The notes under the pieces were generated by a model that was given only the letters and a program-made list of their open reading frames with translations, searched no databases and had not been told where the DNA came from. Below, piece by piece: positions 19,310 to 29,283 of a DNA stretch of 64,000 bases (within the stretch, counting starts at the first letter, position 1; each line of letters begins with the position of its first letter). Source of the DNA: Pseudomonadota bacterium (lineage in GTDB: Bacteria > Desulfobacterota > Desulfobacteria > Desulfobacterales > JBDRRP01). The translations under genes were made by a program, and so were the position numbers. The stretch is taken from the NCBI GenBank assembly GCA_043825735.1, contig JBDRRP010000139.1:1-64000 (forward strand). Reading direction: 5' to 3'.

Positions 19310-19915
19310 CTACCGTTTATACCCGATGCGGATGGCACCCCAGTGCTTGCCCTGGACGAAAATCGGCACGGACAGGTCTGAGAGCGTCTCCCCGGTATCT
19401 CTTTTATATGTCTGCAGCAGATACGGCTGCGTGTTGCGTGCGGCGGCCAGTCCGGTCCGGTCGTTGAATATCCGCTTGGTGCGATTGTTTTTCGTATTGT
19501 AGTCTTCGTCTTCGGTGAGCGGCCGGGAGTAGCGCGTGTTGTGGGTGGGTAGATACCCGTTTTTGTCCACGGCTACAACGAACAGATACCGCGGCTCCTG
19601 GTCCAGATACTTATCGAGAATGATGCGCAGGACATCGTCGGCCTTCCGATCGTACTGGGTGTGGAATTTCTGGGGGTTGGTATTGGGTATCGGAATATAG
19701 AAGGTGTCGAAGAGCTGGGCCAGCGAAAGGGTGTTTGACGCGACGAGTTTTTCAAATTCAGCCGCGACCTCGTCTCTGCAGTTCGATGCGGCCTGTTTGG
19801 CCGTCAGGTCAAAACCGGTGAGGGGTTCCTCGGCCCCGGCGACTGCCGCGCCGATGACAAAAACAAGGAAGAAAAATCCCGCGATGGCTGAAAGCCGGAC
19901 AGTGCTGGTGTGCAA
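19310..19915 (-). CDS. secreted periplasmic sensor-domain protein, paralogous to the sensor domain of the downstream HAMP protein
   Basis: Signal peptide. A long colinear identity block with 18361-19260 (KFHT.YD...AV.VDRNGYLPTHNTRY...NRTKR.FND...LLQTY.RDTGE...S.PI.V.GKHWG..RIG). Confidence 0.6.
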   Translation of the reverse strand: MHTSTVRLSAIAGFFFLVFVIGAAVAGAEEPLTGFDLTAKQAASNCRDEVAAEFEKLVASNTLSLAQLFDTFYIPIPNTNPQKFHTQYDRKADDVLRIILDKYLDQEPRYLFVVAVDKNGYLPTHNTRYSRPLTEDEDYNTKNNRTKRIFNDRTGLAAARNTQPYLLQTYKRDTGETLSDLSVPIFVQGKHWGAIRIGYKR

Positions 19916-20000
19916 TGTTTTTCTCCTTTTTCAAAAGGCCGGTTGGATGTATGCCAGCGCACCCACCCTTTAGGAGCGATGCGCAGATGGCAGAAACCGA

Positions 20001-20486
20001 CTATCGCTCCAGGTTTTTCATCTCTTCCAGCATCACCTTTCTGAACGTGTTCTGCTCCTTTTCGCCGGGGATGCTCTGGGTGATGCGGTAAATCAGATCG
20101 GCCACATCTGTCTTAGGGATTCTGTCCAACTGCAGATTCTGGTCCGCTGCCGCATCTTCGATGAGCACCTCACCAAGTGGTCCGGCCAGTTCGACCAGTG
20201 TGGCCTTAATCCGGTCGATGAAGGCGGCGTCCACGAAAGCCGTCTTGTCCTCGGATTCTTCGATCAGCTTGAGTTTAACCAGCTTCGTAAAACTTTGCTT
20301 GAAGACTTCCGGCTTTAGACTGACCTCGGCCGCAATTTGACGCAACGTTTTTCGCTCGTCCACCGCCATGAGCAGTTTGAGCATGTCCGGGTCAAAGGTG
20401 ATCTCGTTGGCCGTATTGGTGTTGGTTCTTCTGAAATGGGAATCAAGTAAGTTGGCCATGGCAGCCCCCAGCTGGTGCGGAAACAT
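20001..20486 (-). CDS. hypothetical protein
   Basis: ORF with consistent codon usage and no diagnostic motif. Confidence 0.4.
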   Translation of the reverse strand: MFPHQLGAAMANLLDSHFRRTNTNTANEITFDPDMLKLLMAVDERKTLRQIAAEVSLKPEVFKQSFTKLVKLKLIEESEDKTAFVDAAFIDRIKATLVELAGPLGEVLIEDAAADQNLQLDRIPKTDVADLIYRITQSIPGEKEQNTFRKVMLEEMKNLER

Positions 20487-20795
20487 GAAAAGCGATGGTT
20501 GCCTTCTCAGGCGAGAATGCCGGAAAATATTAATCTGTCAGCAGGATCTTTATATCAGTTAAGTTTGTTTGGTGTCAACAATGCAATGAACAACGTTCAT
20601 TAAATGGGGGCCTGTGAATAGCCCTCGAAACGCCTACCGGCATGTCTCGGTTGCAATTTATATCAACTCACTTTAACCTGAATCAACAATTGTTTGGTCT
20701 TTTTTCAATGGGCGGACGTTTATCATTGCGGGCCGGGGGCAGTGCACTCAGGTTCGGTCCGGGAAAACTACCCATTTCACACCGGGGGAGATGGC

Positions 20796-21257
20796 ATGCT
20801 GGAAAGTTTGAAACGATTTTTCGAGAAACGGACCGGAGCCGACCCGGGGCAATCGCAACAGCGACCCGATGATGATATTCTTGTGGCGATCTGCGCACTT
20901 TTGGTCGAAATGGCGCGCATCGACGAACAGTTCACCACAGCGGAAATGGATGCCATTCTTGGGGTGCTCGTCGAGCGCTACGGCCTTTCCCCTGCGCATG
21001 CCCAGGACATCGTTGCCGAGGCGGATCGGGCGCTTGAAGACAGTCTTGACCTCTGGCAGTTCGCCCGGCGCATCAACGAGCACTATACCATCGCAGAAAA
21101 GCTCGAGGTCGTGGATACCCTTTGGCGGATTGTCTATCTGGACGGCAATATGGACGCCCACGAGCATTACCTCATGGGCAAACTCAAGAATCTGCTTCGT
21201 CTGGATCACGATCAATTGATTGCTTCAAAACTCAAGATAAAGGCGGAAGGAAGATAG
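20796..21257 (+). CDS. TerB-like (tellurite resistance TerB / DjlA N-terminal domain family) protein
   Basis: ILVAICALLVEMARIDEQFTTAEMDAILGVL...YLDGNMDAHEHYLMGKL matches the TerB two-repeat pattern. GGGGGAG RBS. Confidence 0.6.
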   Translation: MLESLKRFFEKRTGADPGQSQQRPDDDILVAICALLVEMARIDEQFTTAEMDAILGVLVERYGLSPAHAQDIVAEADRALEDSLDLWQFARRINEHYTIAEKLEVVDTLWRIVYLDGNMDAHEHYLMGKLKNLLRLDHDQLIASKLKIKAEGR

Positions 21258-21259
21258 AC

Positions 21260-21472
21260 ATGACCGAAAAAACCATAAAGAAGGTATGCTCCTGCACGAA
21301 CTGCGGAAATGAGGCGGAAATGGCGGTGACCTGTACGTTGGAATCCGTGGCGAAAAAGGCTCCTGCTGCTGCGGCCGCCTCGGGTACCAAAATCAAAGGC
21401 CACGGTGTCTGCACCAGCTGCGGCAGCGAGGCAGACATGTGGCTCGATCTGGAGGAGGTCACCGGCGTCTGA
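21260..21472 (+). CDS. small zinc-ribbon protein (two CxxC pairs)
   Basis: 70 aa with CSCTNC...CTSC. Starts 3 nt after the terB-like stop with an RBS. Confidence 0.45.
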   Translation: MTEKTIKKVCSCTNCGNEAEMAVTCTLESVAKKAPAAAAASGTKIKGHGVCTSCGSEADMWLDLEEVTGV

Positions 21473-21530
21473 TCTCCCCGTTTTAAGATCGGCGCTACTC
21501 GAATACCATACTTTTTTTCGGAGAACGACC

Positions 21531-22454
21531 ATGTGCAATCCGTTTTCAAACGGGGCCTCTGATGGAACAGTCACCAACCGGTTCATCGATTTGTGTCCCG
21601 ACGGCGTTATCGGTGTGGACGCCGCCGGTATCATCCGCATTTTCAACCAGAAGGCTGTTTCCATGACTCAGCGGGCGGCCGATACGGTGCTTGGCAAACT
21701 GCATATCCGGGAAATCTATGGTTCCCTTGATCATGCCAAAGCGGTGAAGGCGGCCATTTATGCCGAATCCCACGGCGGCAACGGTTCCCTTGAGGGGTAT
21801 GAGACCGAGATCTTGGATGTGAACGGCAGCGCCATCCCCATTCGCCTGTCTGCGATTCTCATCATGAAAAATACCGAAGAAATCGGAAGCATCGGGTTTT
21901 TCCACGACATGTCTCAGCAGAAGGCACTCGAGGCCAAACTGCGATTACTGTCCATCACCGATGGGCTCACAGGGCTGTTTAACCAGCGCCATTTTTATAC
22001 GCGTCTGGCCGATGAGCTGGCGCGCACGGCGCGCTATGGACGACCGTTGAGTATGGTGACAATGGACTTGGATCGGTTCAAGGAATGCAACGACCGGTTT
22101 GGTCACCTGGAAGGTGACAATGTGCTGCGGCTTGTGGGCGATCTGATGAGAGCCGTAACACGCAGATCGGATCAGTCGTTTCGATACGGCGGTGACGAGT
22201 TTTTTGTGATTCTGCCGGAAACGGATCTTCAGCAGGCGGTTGTCATGGCAGAGAAAATCCGCACCACCTTCAACGCGCGTTGGCCCTACGATGCCGCCGA
22301 CAGCAACGCGCCGCGGGTGACGCTCAGCATCGGCGTGGCCCAGAGCGCCGGCGAGGCGGAGCCAGAGGCCTTCATCCGGCGGGCCGACATGGCGATGTAT
22401 GCCGCCAAGCAAGCTGGCGGCGACCGCATTTCAGTGGATGATACCACCCCGTAG
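21531..22454 (+). CDS. PAS-domain diguanylate cyclase (GGDEF)
   Basis: PAS-like N-terminus, then DGLTGLFNQRHF...RYGGDEF (degenerate GGDEF, G changed to R) and the I-site-like RRSD. Confidence 0.8.
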   Translation: MCNPFSNGASDGTVTNRFIDLCPDGVIGVDAAGIIRIFNQKAVSMTQRAADTVLGKLHIREIYGSLDHAKAVKAAIYAESHGGNGSLEGYETEILDVNGSAIPIRLSAILIMKNTEEIGSIGFFHDMSQQKALEAKLRLLSITDGLTGLFNQRHFYTRLADELARTARYGRPLSMVTMDLDRFKECNDRFGHLEGDNVLRLVGDLMRAVTRRSDQSFRYGGDEFFVILPETDLQQAVVMAEKIRTTFNARWPYDAADSNAPRVTLSIGVAQSAGEAEPEAFIRRADMAMYAAKQAGGDRISVDDTTP

Positions 22455-22494
22455 GCGGGATGGCCGTACTGCGGTTCACTTCCGCGTTTTGATC

Positions 22495-22578
22495 ACCACG
22501 AAGTTCACGAAGAACACGAAGGTAATAAAATCCTAAAGGTTTTTAAGGTTTTCTCCGTGCACTTCGTGTCCTTCGTGG
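22495..22578. repeat. heptamer-repeat hairpin element, CACGAAG type
   Basis: Left arm caccacgaagttcacgaagaacacgaagg, an A/T-rich loop, then cgtgcacttcgtgtccttcgtgg. Lies between convergent genes. Confidence 0.7.
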
Positions 22579-23084
22579 TTTGGACTCAACGCAGTTGTTT
22601 GTGCGGCGTGTTTTTCAAGTGCACGGCGCACATCGTCCTCGTGGAGCCGGGCATGTTCATAGGCCCACCGGATGAACCGTTCCAATTTCCCGTGGCCGTG
22701 AAAGGGGTGTCTGCCCTCCCGGTCCAGATCCGATTCCGCCATCGCGGCCACCATCGCCACCGTCTTGGCGCGCACGTTTCGAAAGTTTTCCAAAAGCGCG
22801 TCCATTGACAGCCCGTCGAGTTTCTGAGGCTGGGTCCGGTTGAAGCGGTCCACGTCGAAGTCTTCGGGCGCGCCCGGTCCACCGGCAAGGATGTTTTCGA
22901 AGAGGTTTTGCATGGAGCGCTCGATGGTAATGAAATGGGCCAGTACCCGGCGCACCGACCACTGGACGGTTTCGGTGTATACGGGCACTTCGAGCGCAGT
23001 GGCCGGCAGTGCGGCGAAAAACGCTTCCGATTCGGCCCCGCCGGCTTTCAAGGCGGCAATGATCTCTGATTTACGGGACGCCAT
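22533..23084 (-). CDS. DinB/YfiT-like (DinB_2) four-helix-bundle metalloprotein
   Basis: Conserved His pattern typical of the DinB family. The C-terminal HEGHEVHGENL is encoded by the repeat element. Confidence 0.5.
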   Translation of the reverse strand: MASRKSEIIAALKAGGAESEAFFAALPATALEVPVYTETVQWSVRRVLAHFITIERSMQNLFENILAGGPGAPEDFDVDRFNRTQPQKLDGLSMDALLENFRNVRAKTVAMVAAMAESDLDREGRHPFHGHGKLERFIRWAYEHARLHEDDVRRALEKHAAQTTALSPNHEGHEVHGENLKNL

Positions 23085-23105
23085 ACGGTCTTCTCCGATG
23101 CGATA

Positions 23106-24854
23106 TCACTCGCCGCCGGCAACCGCTGCCGGCACCGGCCGCTCTATGGACCGGATTGGCGTGGGGGCAGGGTGACGTGGGGCCGCCTCAAGCGCCTTGG
23201 CGGCAGCGTTTTTTTCATAGCTGACTGCCGGTTCATAGGACCAGCCGTCCGCCAGACGTTTTTCCTCCCGCTGCAGCATGGCATACGCATAGATTCCCGT
23301 CACGACAGCCGCCACCCGCGTGCGCCATCCGAATTCGGCGATGATGTCGGTGAGCAGGCGGTGCATTTTTTCATGCATGGCAGGCGCGTGCCGGTAGTAC
23401 CGGCGCATGGCCCAGATGGCGCCGGCATAGGTGGTGCGCAGCGGCTGGGCTTCCCAGCGGTAGCGTTCGCGGATGCGCGGATCGGGGTGATGCTTGTAGT
23501 GCTGCCAACCGGTGAGCATCGTGCGGATCAGGCGGGCCAGGCTGGGGCCGTTCCGCGTGAAATCCGCTTTGAAGGCATCAAGCAAATAGTGCTCCTCCTG
23601 GCCGGCGGTGATGTGGGCGTGCCGATAGTTGAACCGGTACTGCCCGTGCACGTCTGCCGGGGGCATCTCCGAAGCATCCAGCAGCGTTCCGGCGGTTCGG
23701 TGCGTTTCATAGAGCGGGGTTCCGGGCACCGGCGTGTAGAGCATGAACTGGTGAAAATCGGTGGCGTGGCTGACGGCGTGGTCGATGACCGCCGCCATGG
23801 TGTCCGGCGTGTGGTCCTCCAGACCGATGATGGATGAGCCCAGCACCCGGATACCGTGGGATTGGAGCCGGCGGACCAGCGCATGGGTGTCCACGTCTTC
23901 CAGTTTGCGGTAGCGGCTGCCATCGCCTTCGATGCCCATCCATACCCATCCGACGCCCAGTCCCACGATCTGCTCCATAGTGTAGGCGCGAAGCACCCGC
24001 GCAGAGCTGAACACGTTGAGCATCCAGCTTTTATCGTGCTGCTGCATCAGCTCCAGCAGACGCAGCGCGCGGCGCCGGTGAAGCAGAAAGTTTTCATCGA
24101 GGATGAAAAATGAGCGGGTCTTGAGTTCCTTTTCCATGCGGCACATGACATGGAACAGCTCGTCGCCGGTCTCGAAGAAATTGACGAAATGACCCTTGCC
24201 GCCAAAAAGCGCCGATGTGGCGCAAAAGTTACACCCCACCGGGCAGCCGACCGAAGGGATGAGAATGGCCGCGGTGTCGCCCGGCCCATCGGAGAGCGGT
24301 ATGCCCAATATGCGGGTGCCGAAGGCAGACAGGGCCATGGGGTGCTCAATGGGCGCGGCAGGGTCCTCGCCGAGAAACTGCCTGAACCAGCGGATCCCCT
24401 CGCCTTTGACGATGTGGTCGGCGTCGATGTCGCAGGCCACGGCCGCCACCGCTCCGGCGATGTGACCGCCCACCACGATGGTGGCCCGGGGCTGAAGGCG
24501 GCGGATCAGTGCGCACATGATTTTCAGCTTTTCCACATTGGGAAGAATGGCGCTGATGCCGATGATGTCGTATGCTGTGGTTTCCAGTTCCCGGGTAAAG
24601 CGCTCCAGAGTGGGAAAATCGAGCAGCGTGCAAGGCGCTGTCATGTTGGCCTGGAGCATCATCAGGCCGAATGAGCGGTGAAACATCCTCAGCGAGAACG
24701 CGCCCTGGACCCGGGTGACCTGGTTCTGATAGAGTTCCATGGGGTTGACGGCGCGGCTGCCGGTGTCATCGTCGCGGGCGTAAGGACCAAATACGCTCGA
24801 TAGCAGCACTCTGGCCCGGGAGCCTTTGGGGTGGACGGGGGGGGGCGATGTCAT
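23106..24854 (-). CDS. B12-binding domain radical SAM protein
   Basis: N-terminal cobalamin-binding-like region, then CPVGCNFC (CxxxCxxC). AGGAGA RBS before MTSPPP. Confidence 0.75.
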   Translation of the reverse strand: MTSPPPVHPKGSRARVLLSSVFGPYARDDDTGSRAVNPMELYQNQVTRVQGAFSLRMFHRSFGLMMLQANMTAPCTLLDFPTLERFTRELETTAYDIIGISAILPNVEKLKIMCALIRRLQPRATIVVGGHIAGAVAAVACDIDADHIVKGEGIRWFRQFLGEDPAAPIEHPMALSAFGTRILGIPLSDGPGDTAAILIPSVGCPVGCNFCATSALFGGKGHFVNFFETGDELFHVMCRMEKELKTRSFFILDENFLLHRRRALRLLELMQQHDKSWMLNVFSSARVLRAYTMEQIVGLGVGWVWMGIEGDGSRYRKLEDVDTHALVRRLQSHGIRVLGSSIIGLEDHTPDTMAAVIDHAVSHATDFHQFMLYTPVPGTPLYETHRTAGTLLDASEMPPADVHGQYRFNYRHAHITAGQEEHYLLDAFKADFTRNGPSLARLIRTMLTGWQHYKHHPDPRIRERYRWEAQPLRTTYAGAIWAMRRYYRHAPAMHEKMHRLLTDIIAEFGWRTRVAAVVTGIYAYAMLQREEKRLADGWSYEPAVSYEKNAAAKALEAAPRHPAPTPIRSIERPVPAAVAGGE

Positions 24855-24989
24855 TTTCTTCTCCTGGCTGAAGTTTATACTGTTGAAGATATCGGCATCC
24901 AGCGAAGAAGAAAAGCGCACGGTGGCCGTTTTACAAAAGAATTACACACAGGGCGGCGCTCTGCGGTAGGCCGCCGGAATGGAAAGATC

Positions 24990-26201
24990 ATGTTTGAATA
25001 TCAGCAGTCCGGCCGTTATTTTGCGCAGGTGGCAGAAGGATTTGAGGAGATCGCCGGCACGGAGCTGACGCAGCTCGGCGCCAGTGATGTGGCACCGGCA
25101 GTCCGGGGGTTTCATTTTTCAGCCGACCCATCGGTCCTGTATGCCATCACTTACCAGGCCCGCCTGGTGATGCGGGTTCTGGCGCCCCTGGTGTCCTTTT
25201 ACTGCCGCGATCGCGAGGAGCTCTACAAGGAAGGGCGGGCCGTTGACTGGGCTGCACTGTTTTCCGTGGACCAGACCTTTGGCATCGTTTCCAACGTTTC
25301 GGGCAACGACCGTCTGCGGCACTCTCAGTTTGCGGCCATGTGTCTGAAGGATGCCATCGCCGATGCGTTCCGGGAGCGCTGCGGCGCCCGGCCGTCCGTC
25401 GACCGGAGTGCGCCTGATGTGTGGCTAAACCTCCACATCCAGGGCAACCACGCCACTGTCAGCCTGGACGCCTCCGGAGGCGCGCTTCACCGGCGCGGCT
25501 ACCGTCAGCAGACCGTGACCGCCCCCATGCAAGAGACCCTGGCGGCGGCCATGGTGGTCCTTTCCGAATGGCAGGGAGAGCGCCCGCTCTACGACCCCAT
25601 GTGCGGTTCCGGGACCCTGCTCTGTGAGGCCCTCATGGCCTACTGCCGCATTCCCGCCGGCTACTTGAGAAGCCAATCGGGGTGCCGGCGGCTTCCCGAT
25701 TTCGACGAAGGCCTTTGGCGGCAGATGACCTCGGCAGCCGATGCGGCCATCCGCCCGCTGCCCGAAGGGCTGATCGCCGGCAGCGATTCGGATCCTGCCG
25801 CCGTCAGCGCGGCCGCCGCCAACTGCCGGATGCTCCCCGGTGGGGAGAACATCCGACTGGATCGCCGGGACTGCCTGTCCCTGGAAGGGCTTGCCGACAG
25901 GGTCATTTTGAGCAATCCGCCTTACGGCGTCCGGCTGGGCAAGGGCGATGACCTGGGCCTGTTATACGGGCGCCTGGGTGATTTTCTCAAGCAGCGCTGT
26001 GCCGGATCCAGCGCCGTACTTTTTTTCGGGGACCGCGGCATGATCAAGCGGATCGGGCTCAAGCCGTCATGGAAAAAATCCCTGAAAAATGCGGCCCTGG
26101 ACGGCCGCGTGGTCCGATTTGACATGTTCAAGGGGTTCTACAATTCGCAGAAGGCTTCGACGGCAGGTGCCCGAAACGAGCAGGGTTCACCACGGGGTTG
26201 A
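24990..26201 (+). CDS. THUMP-domain class I SAM-dependent RNA methyltransferase (RlmL/RlmK-like)
   Basis: THUMP-like N-terminus. [10 protein letters not shown] (motif I) and LSNPPYG (N6/N2-MTase motif IV). Confidence 0.75.
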   Translation: MFEYQQSGRYFAQVAEGFEEIAGTELTQLGASDVAPAVRGFHFSADPSVLYAITYQARLVMRVLAPLVSFYCRDREELYKEGRAVDWAALFSVDQTFGIVSNVSGNDRLRHSQFAAMCLKDAIADAFRERCGARPSVDRSAPDVWLNLHIQGNHATVSLDASGGALHRRGYRQQTVTAPMQETLAAAMVVLSEWQGERPLYDPMCGSGTLLCEALMAYCRIPAGYLRSQSGCRRLPDFDEGLWRQMTSAADAAIRPLPEGLIAGSDSDPAAVSAAAANCRMLPGGENIRLDRRDCLSLEGLADRVILSNPPYGVRLGKGDDLGLLYGRLGDFLKQRCAGSSAVLFFGDRGMIKRIGLKPSWKKSLKNAALDGRVVRFDMFKGFYNSQKASTAGARNEQGSPRG

Positions 26202-26301
26202 CAACCTCGGGGATATCCGGGTATTCGACCCGCTTTGGCAACCCTGTCGGGAGACCGGCGACAACTCAAACGGGCTTTGCCCTCAGGAAAGGAGAAACCC
26301 C

Positions 26302-26805
26302 ATGGTCAAACTGGAAACCAGCATGGGCGACATCGTGATCGAACTCAATGAAGAAAAGGCGCCCCAGTCGGTGGCCAATTTTCTGTCCTACGTCAACAGC
26401 GGCCATTATGACGGCACCATTTTTCACCGGGTCATCGACGGATTCATGATCCAGGGCGGCGGTATGACCGCGGACATGAAGGAAAAGGCCACCGGGGGGT
26501 CCATCGAAAACGAGGCGGACAACGGGCTCACCAACGACCCCTACACCGTGGCCATGGCCCGCACCATGGATCCCCACAGTGCATCGGCCCAGTTTTTCAT
26601 CAACGTCAAGAAAAACGACTTTCTCAACCACACGGGGAAAAATCCCCAGGGGTGGGGTTATGCGGTCTTTGGCAAGGTGGTCAAGGGTCACGGTGTGGTC
26701 AACAAGATCAAGGGGGTTGCCACCGGCCGCACGGGCATGCATGACGACGTGCCCAAGCAGCCCGTGGTGATCGAAAAGGCCACCGAGGTCGCCTCGGTCG
26801 AGTAG
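26302..26805 (+). CDS. ppiB: cyclophilin-type peptidyl-prolyl cis-trans isomerase
   Basis: [14 protein letters not shown]...YTVAMAR....[22 protein letters not shown]. Confidence 0.9.
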   Translation: MVKLETSMGDIVIELNEEKAPQSVANFLSYVNSGHYDGTIFHRVIDGFMIQGGGMTADMKEKATGGSIENEADNGLTNDPYTVAMARTMDPHSASAQFFINVKKNDFLNHTGKNPQGWGYAVFGKVVKGHGVVNKIKGVATGRTGMHDDVPKQPVVIEKATEVASVE

Positions 26806-26890
26806 TGGTTGCCTGAGCTTGTCTTGAATGCATTCCTCCGCGGCGGATCGCACCGGTCGAAGCTTGATGGCCTCGTTAAAAGTCTGAAAT

Positions 26891-26940
26891 CACCGCAGAG
26901 GTCGCAGAGGTAACCAGAATAATTAAATGAATCCTCTGCG
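26891..26940. repeat. heptamer-repeat hairpin element, CGCAGAG type
   Basis: Left arm caccgcagaggtcgcagagg, an A/T loop, then cctctgcg. Confidence 0.6.
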
Positions 26941-27030
26941 TTTCATTGCGAACGCTGTGGTTCAAAATCGCTTTTTCCGGTTTTATCAAACTTCGGAGGC
27001 TCGCCTTTTGGGCGGGATCAGACCATTGTG

Positions 27031-27064
27031 AACCGGCCCCCCCCCCCCCGATGGGGGGCCGGTT
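27031..27064. repeat. C13 homopolymer tract inside a 12-bp G/C hairpin
   Basis: aaccggcccccc...ggggggccggtt with 13 consecutive C. Sits 16 nt upstream of the transporter start. Confidence 0.8.
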
Positions 27065-27079
27065 CCATCGTTTTTCGGG

Positions 27080-27952
27080 GTGCCCATGGCTCACCGCTCC
27101 GACATGGCCACCGGCGTCTGGCTCATTTTGCTGGCCACCCTTGGCATCGTGCTCATGAACACCTGCGCGAAGATGAGCAGCGCCGTCCACAGCCCTGTGG
27201 AAATGGTGTTCTATCGCGGGGTGGTCGCCCTGGCCTTTATTGTCCCGTATATGCTCTCGACCCGTTCGAAGGCCGTATTCAAAACCCGCCGCATCAAGGC
27301 GCACCTGTACCGGGCCCTGGTCGGCAACGTGGGCGTGGGCTTTGTCTTCTGGGCCTACACCCTGCTGCCCATGGCCGATGCCACGGCCTTGCTGTTTGCC
27401 GCGCCGCTATTTGTGGCGGCGCTGTCTCCGCTGCTTCTGAAGGAACGGGTGGGCCGGTTTCGGTGGTTCGCAGTGGGGATCGGATTTGTGGGGATTCTTC
27501 TCATAGTCCGGCCCTCGGGGGGCATTCTCTCCAATCCGGCGGCCCTGGTGGGGCTGGCCGCGGCACTGAGCAACGCCCTGGTGGACATGGCTCTTCGGAA
27601 CCTTGGGCGCACCGATGAGGCCCTGACCACGGTGTTTTACTTTCTTCTCATCGGCGTGCTGGCTTCGGCGCCCTACACCCTCTTTTTCGGAACGCTGCCC
27701 AGTGGGGAGATGCTCCCCTGGATCATCGGCATCGGCATCTTTGCCGCCATCCAGCAGGTGGCCAAGACCACGGCCTACCGCTTTGCCGAGGCCTCGCTGC
27801 TGGCGCCCTATACCTATTCGGCCATCCTCTGGGCGGCCTGGATCGGCTGGCTGCTGTGGCGGGAGGTCCCGGATGTATCGGTGGTGGCGGGCACGGTGGT
27901 GGTCATCGCCTGCAACCTTGTGATCTTCACCAAGGAACGTCGCCGTCGCTGA
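27080..27952 (+). CDS. DMT-superfamily (EamA-like) permease
   Basis: Ten predicted TM helices and two EamA-like halves. Confidence 0.7.
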   Translation: MPMAHRSDMATGVWLILLATLGIVLMNTCAKMSSAVHSPVEMVFYRGVVALAFIVPYMLSTRSKAVFKTRRIKAHLYRALVGNVGVGFVFWAYTLLPMADATALLFAAPLFVAALSPLLLKERVGRFRWFAVGIGFVGILLIVRPSGGILSNPAALVGLAAALSNALVDMALRNLGRTDEALTTVFYFLLIGVLASAPYTLFFGTLPSGEMLPWIIGIGIFAAIQQVAKTTAYRFAEASLLAPYTYSAILWAAWIGWLLWREVPDVSVVAGTVVVIACNLVIFTKERRRR

Positions 27953-28448
27953 TGTGTCCGGAACGCCGCTTTCTGCGGGGAAAATCATTTGAAGGGTGTG
28001 ACATGATCTGCGATCCGTGGGCGGTCACCCGATTCGTTCGCGCAGATCACCGCCCAAAAGAGTCCGGTCGTGGCGCCACCGGCAGATTTCCCATATTGAC
28101 AGGGCGCTTTAAAATTTGGATAGTGGACCGATCCATCGGGGCGACCACTCTTGGGGCATCAGCGATATCCGGGCACAATTTGCGCGGCGAGGTAAACGGC
28201 ATGCTCAAAAGCATGTTCTTATCTCTTCTCTGAAAGACAAATTTTTCATAGCTTTGGCAACCCCGTTCATGCCGGCCATCGTTGCCAAAGATGCCGTTTA
28301 TGGCTGGGCTCGATCTCCCAAGGGTCGGACCATGAATCACGGCGGCCATTAAGATTCCGGTGGATCGTGCTTTTCAATGTTCGCCGCCGGCAATGCCTGT
28401 AAGTCGTTCCGAATGCAATCTGTAACCGGCAGTTCGAAACATAAGGAG

Positions 28449-29234
28449 ATGGTCATGGGGATGTTCAGTGATGTTTTGCGAAAGATGGCGGACTTTCTTT
28501 CGGACACGGAGAATAAAGCGGCGTCAAAAACAAAGCCAGGCATCCAGGATCTGGCCACCAAACGGCTCCTGGCCTTGCAAGGCCGGATGGAGATGGTCGA
28601 AGCCCAGGTACGATTGGCTGCCCAGAGCCGGCGCGATTTGCAGCGCCTGGTGGCTGAGGCCAAAGCCGTGGAAGCCATCGGCAAGCAGGCGATGAGCGCC
28701 GGCAATACGCCCAAGGCGGAATCGGCCATGGCGCGGTACGCCATCATGCAACAGACGATTCAACAAATGATGAGCCAAGCCAAAACAGCCGACGAACAGG
28801 CTAAGGCGGCGCTGGAAAGTTTCAGGGCCGAAGCCATGGCCGCACAGCGCGCCGCCTCCGAAGCCAAAGCCCTGGCGCAGCTGGAGAGCGTTATCGAGCT
28901 GCAAAAAAAGCATCAGGCCCTGGCTATGACACAATCCACAGCCGCCGACGAGTTCGAAGACGCCCGGGAGGAGCTGCTCTTATCGGCATCGGTTCAGGCG
29001 GCCACCTTGAGCATTCAGAGCGGGCAGGACGCGCTGGGCGCCGAGATTGCCGCGGCCAGCAAAAACGCCGAGGTGACGGCCATTGGCCGGCGTTGGCAAA
29101 AAGAGCTCGCTCAAGCCGGTAACAAAGAGATCGCGGAGGCCGAGATTGTCGACGACCCCGCTGAAAGCGCCATCAAATTTCTGGAGAAACCGCCCTTGGG
29201 TGGCCTCATCGACATCGGCCCTCGGTCGAAGTGA
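28449..29234 (+). CDS. pspA: PspA/IM30 (phage-shock protein A / Vipp1) family protein
   Basis: N-terminal MGMFSDVLRKMADFLSD, and the ESCRT-III-like coiled-coil composition throughout. AAGGAG RBS. Confidence 0.7.
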   Translation: MVMGMFSDVLRKMADFLSDTENKAASKTKPGIQDLATKRLLALQGRMEMVEAQVRLAAQSRRDLQRLVAEAKAVEAIGKQAMSAGNTPKAESAMARYAIMQQTIQQMMSQAKTADEQAKAALESFRAEAMAAQRAASEAKALAQLESVIELQKKHQALAMTQSTAADEFEDAREELLLSASVQAATLSIQSGQDALGAEIAAASKNAEVTAIGRRWQKELAQAGNKEIAEAEIVDDPAESAIKFLEKPPLGGLIDIGPRSK

Positions 29235-29283
29235 CACCGTGCGTGCAACCGGCTGAAACAGCCCTGACTGAACCGTAAAGGAA

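Noticed and set aside
24150-24674. Plus-strand ORFs inside the B12-radical-SAM gene region
   Set aside because: Antisense to a well-supported rSAM protein. Gly/Arg/Ala-rich.
28250-28448. Possible sigma-54 (-24/-12) promoter upstream of pspA
   Set aside because: Searched for TGGCAC-N5-TTGC. Only a weak TGGCAA...TTCAT approximation was found, so it is not supportable.
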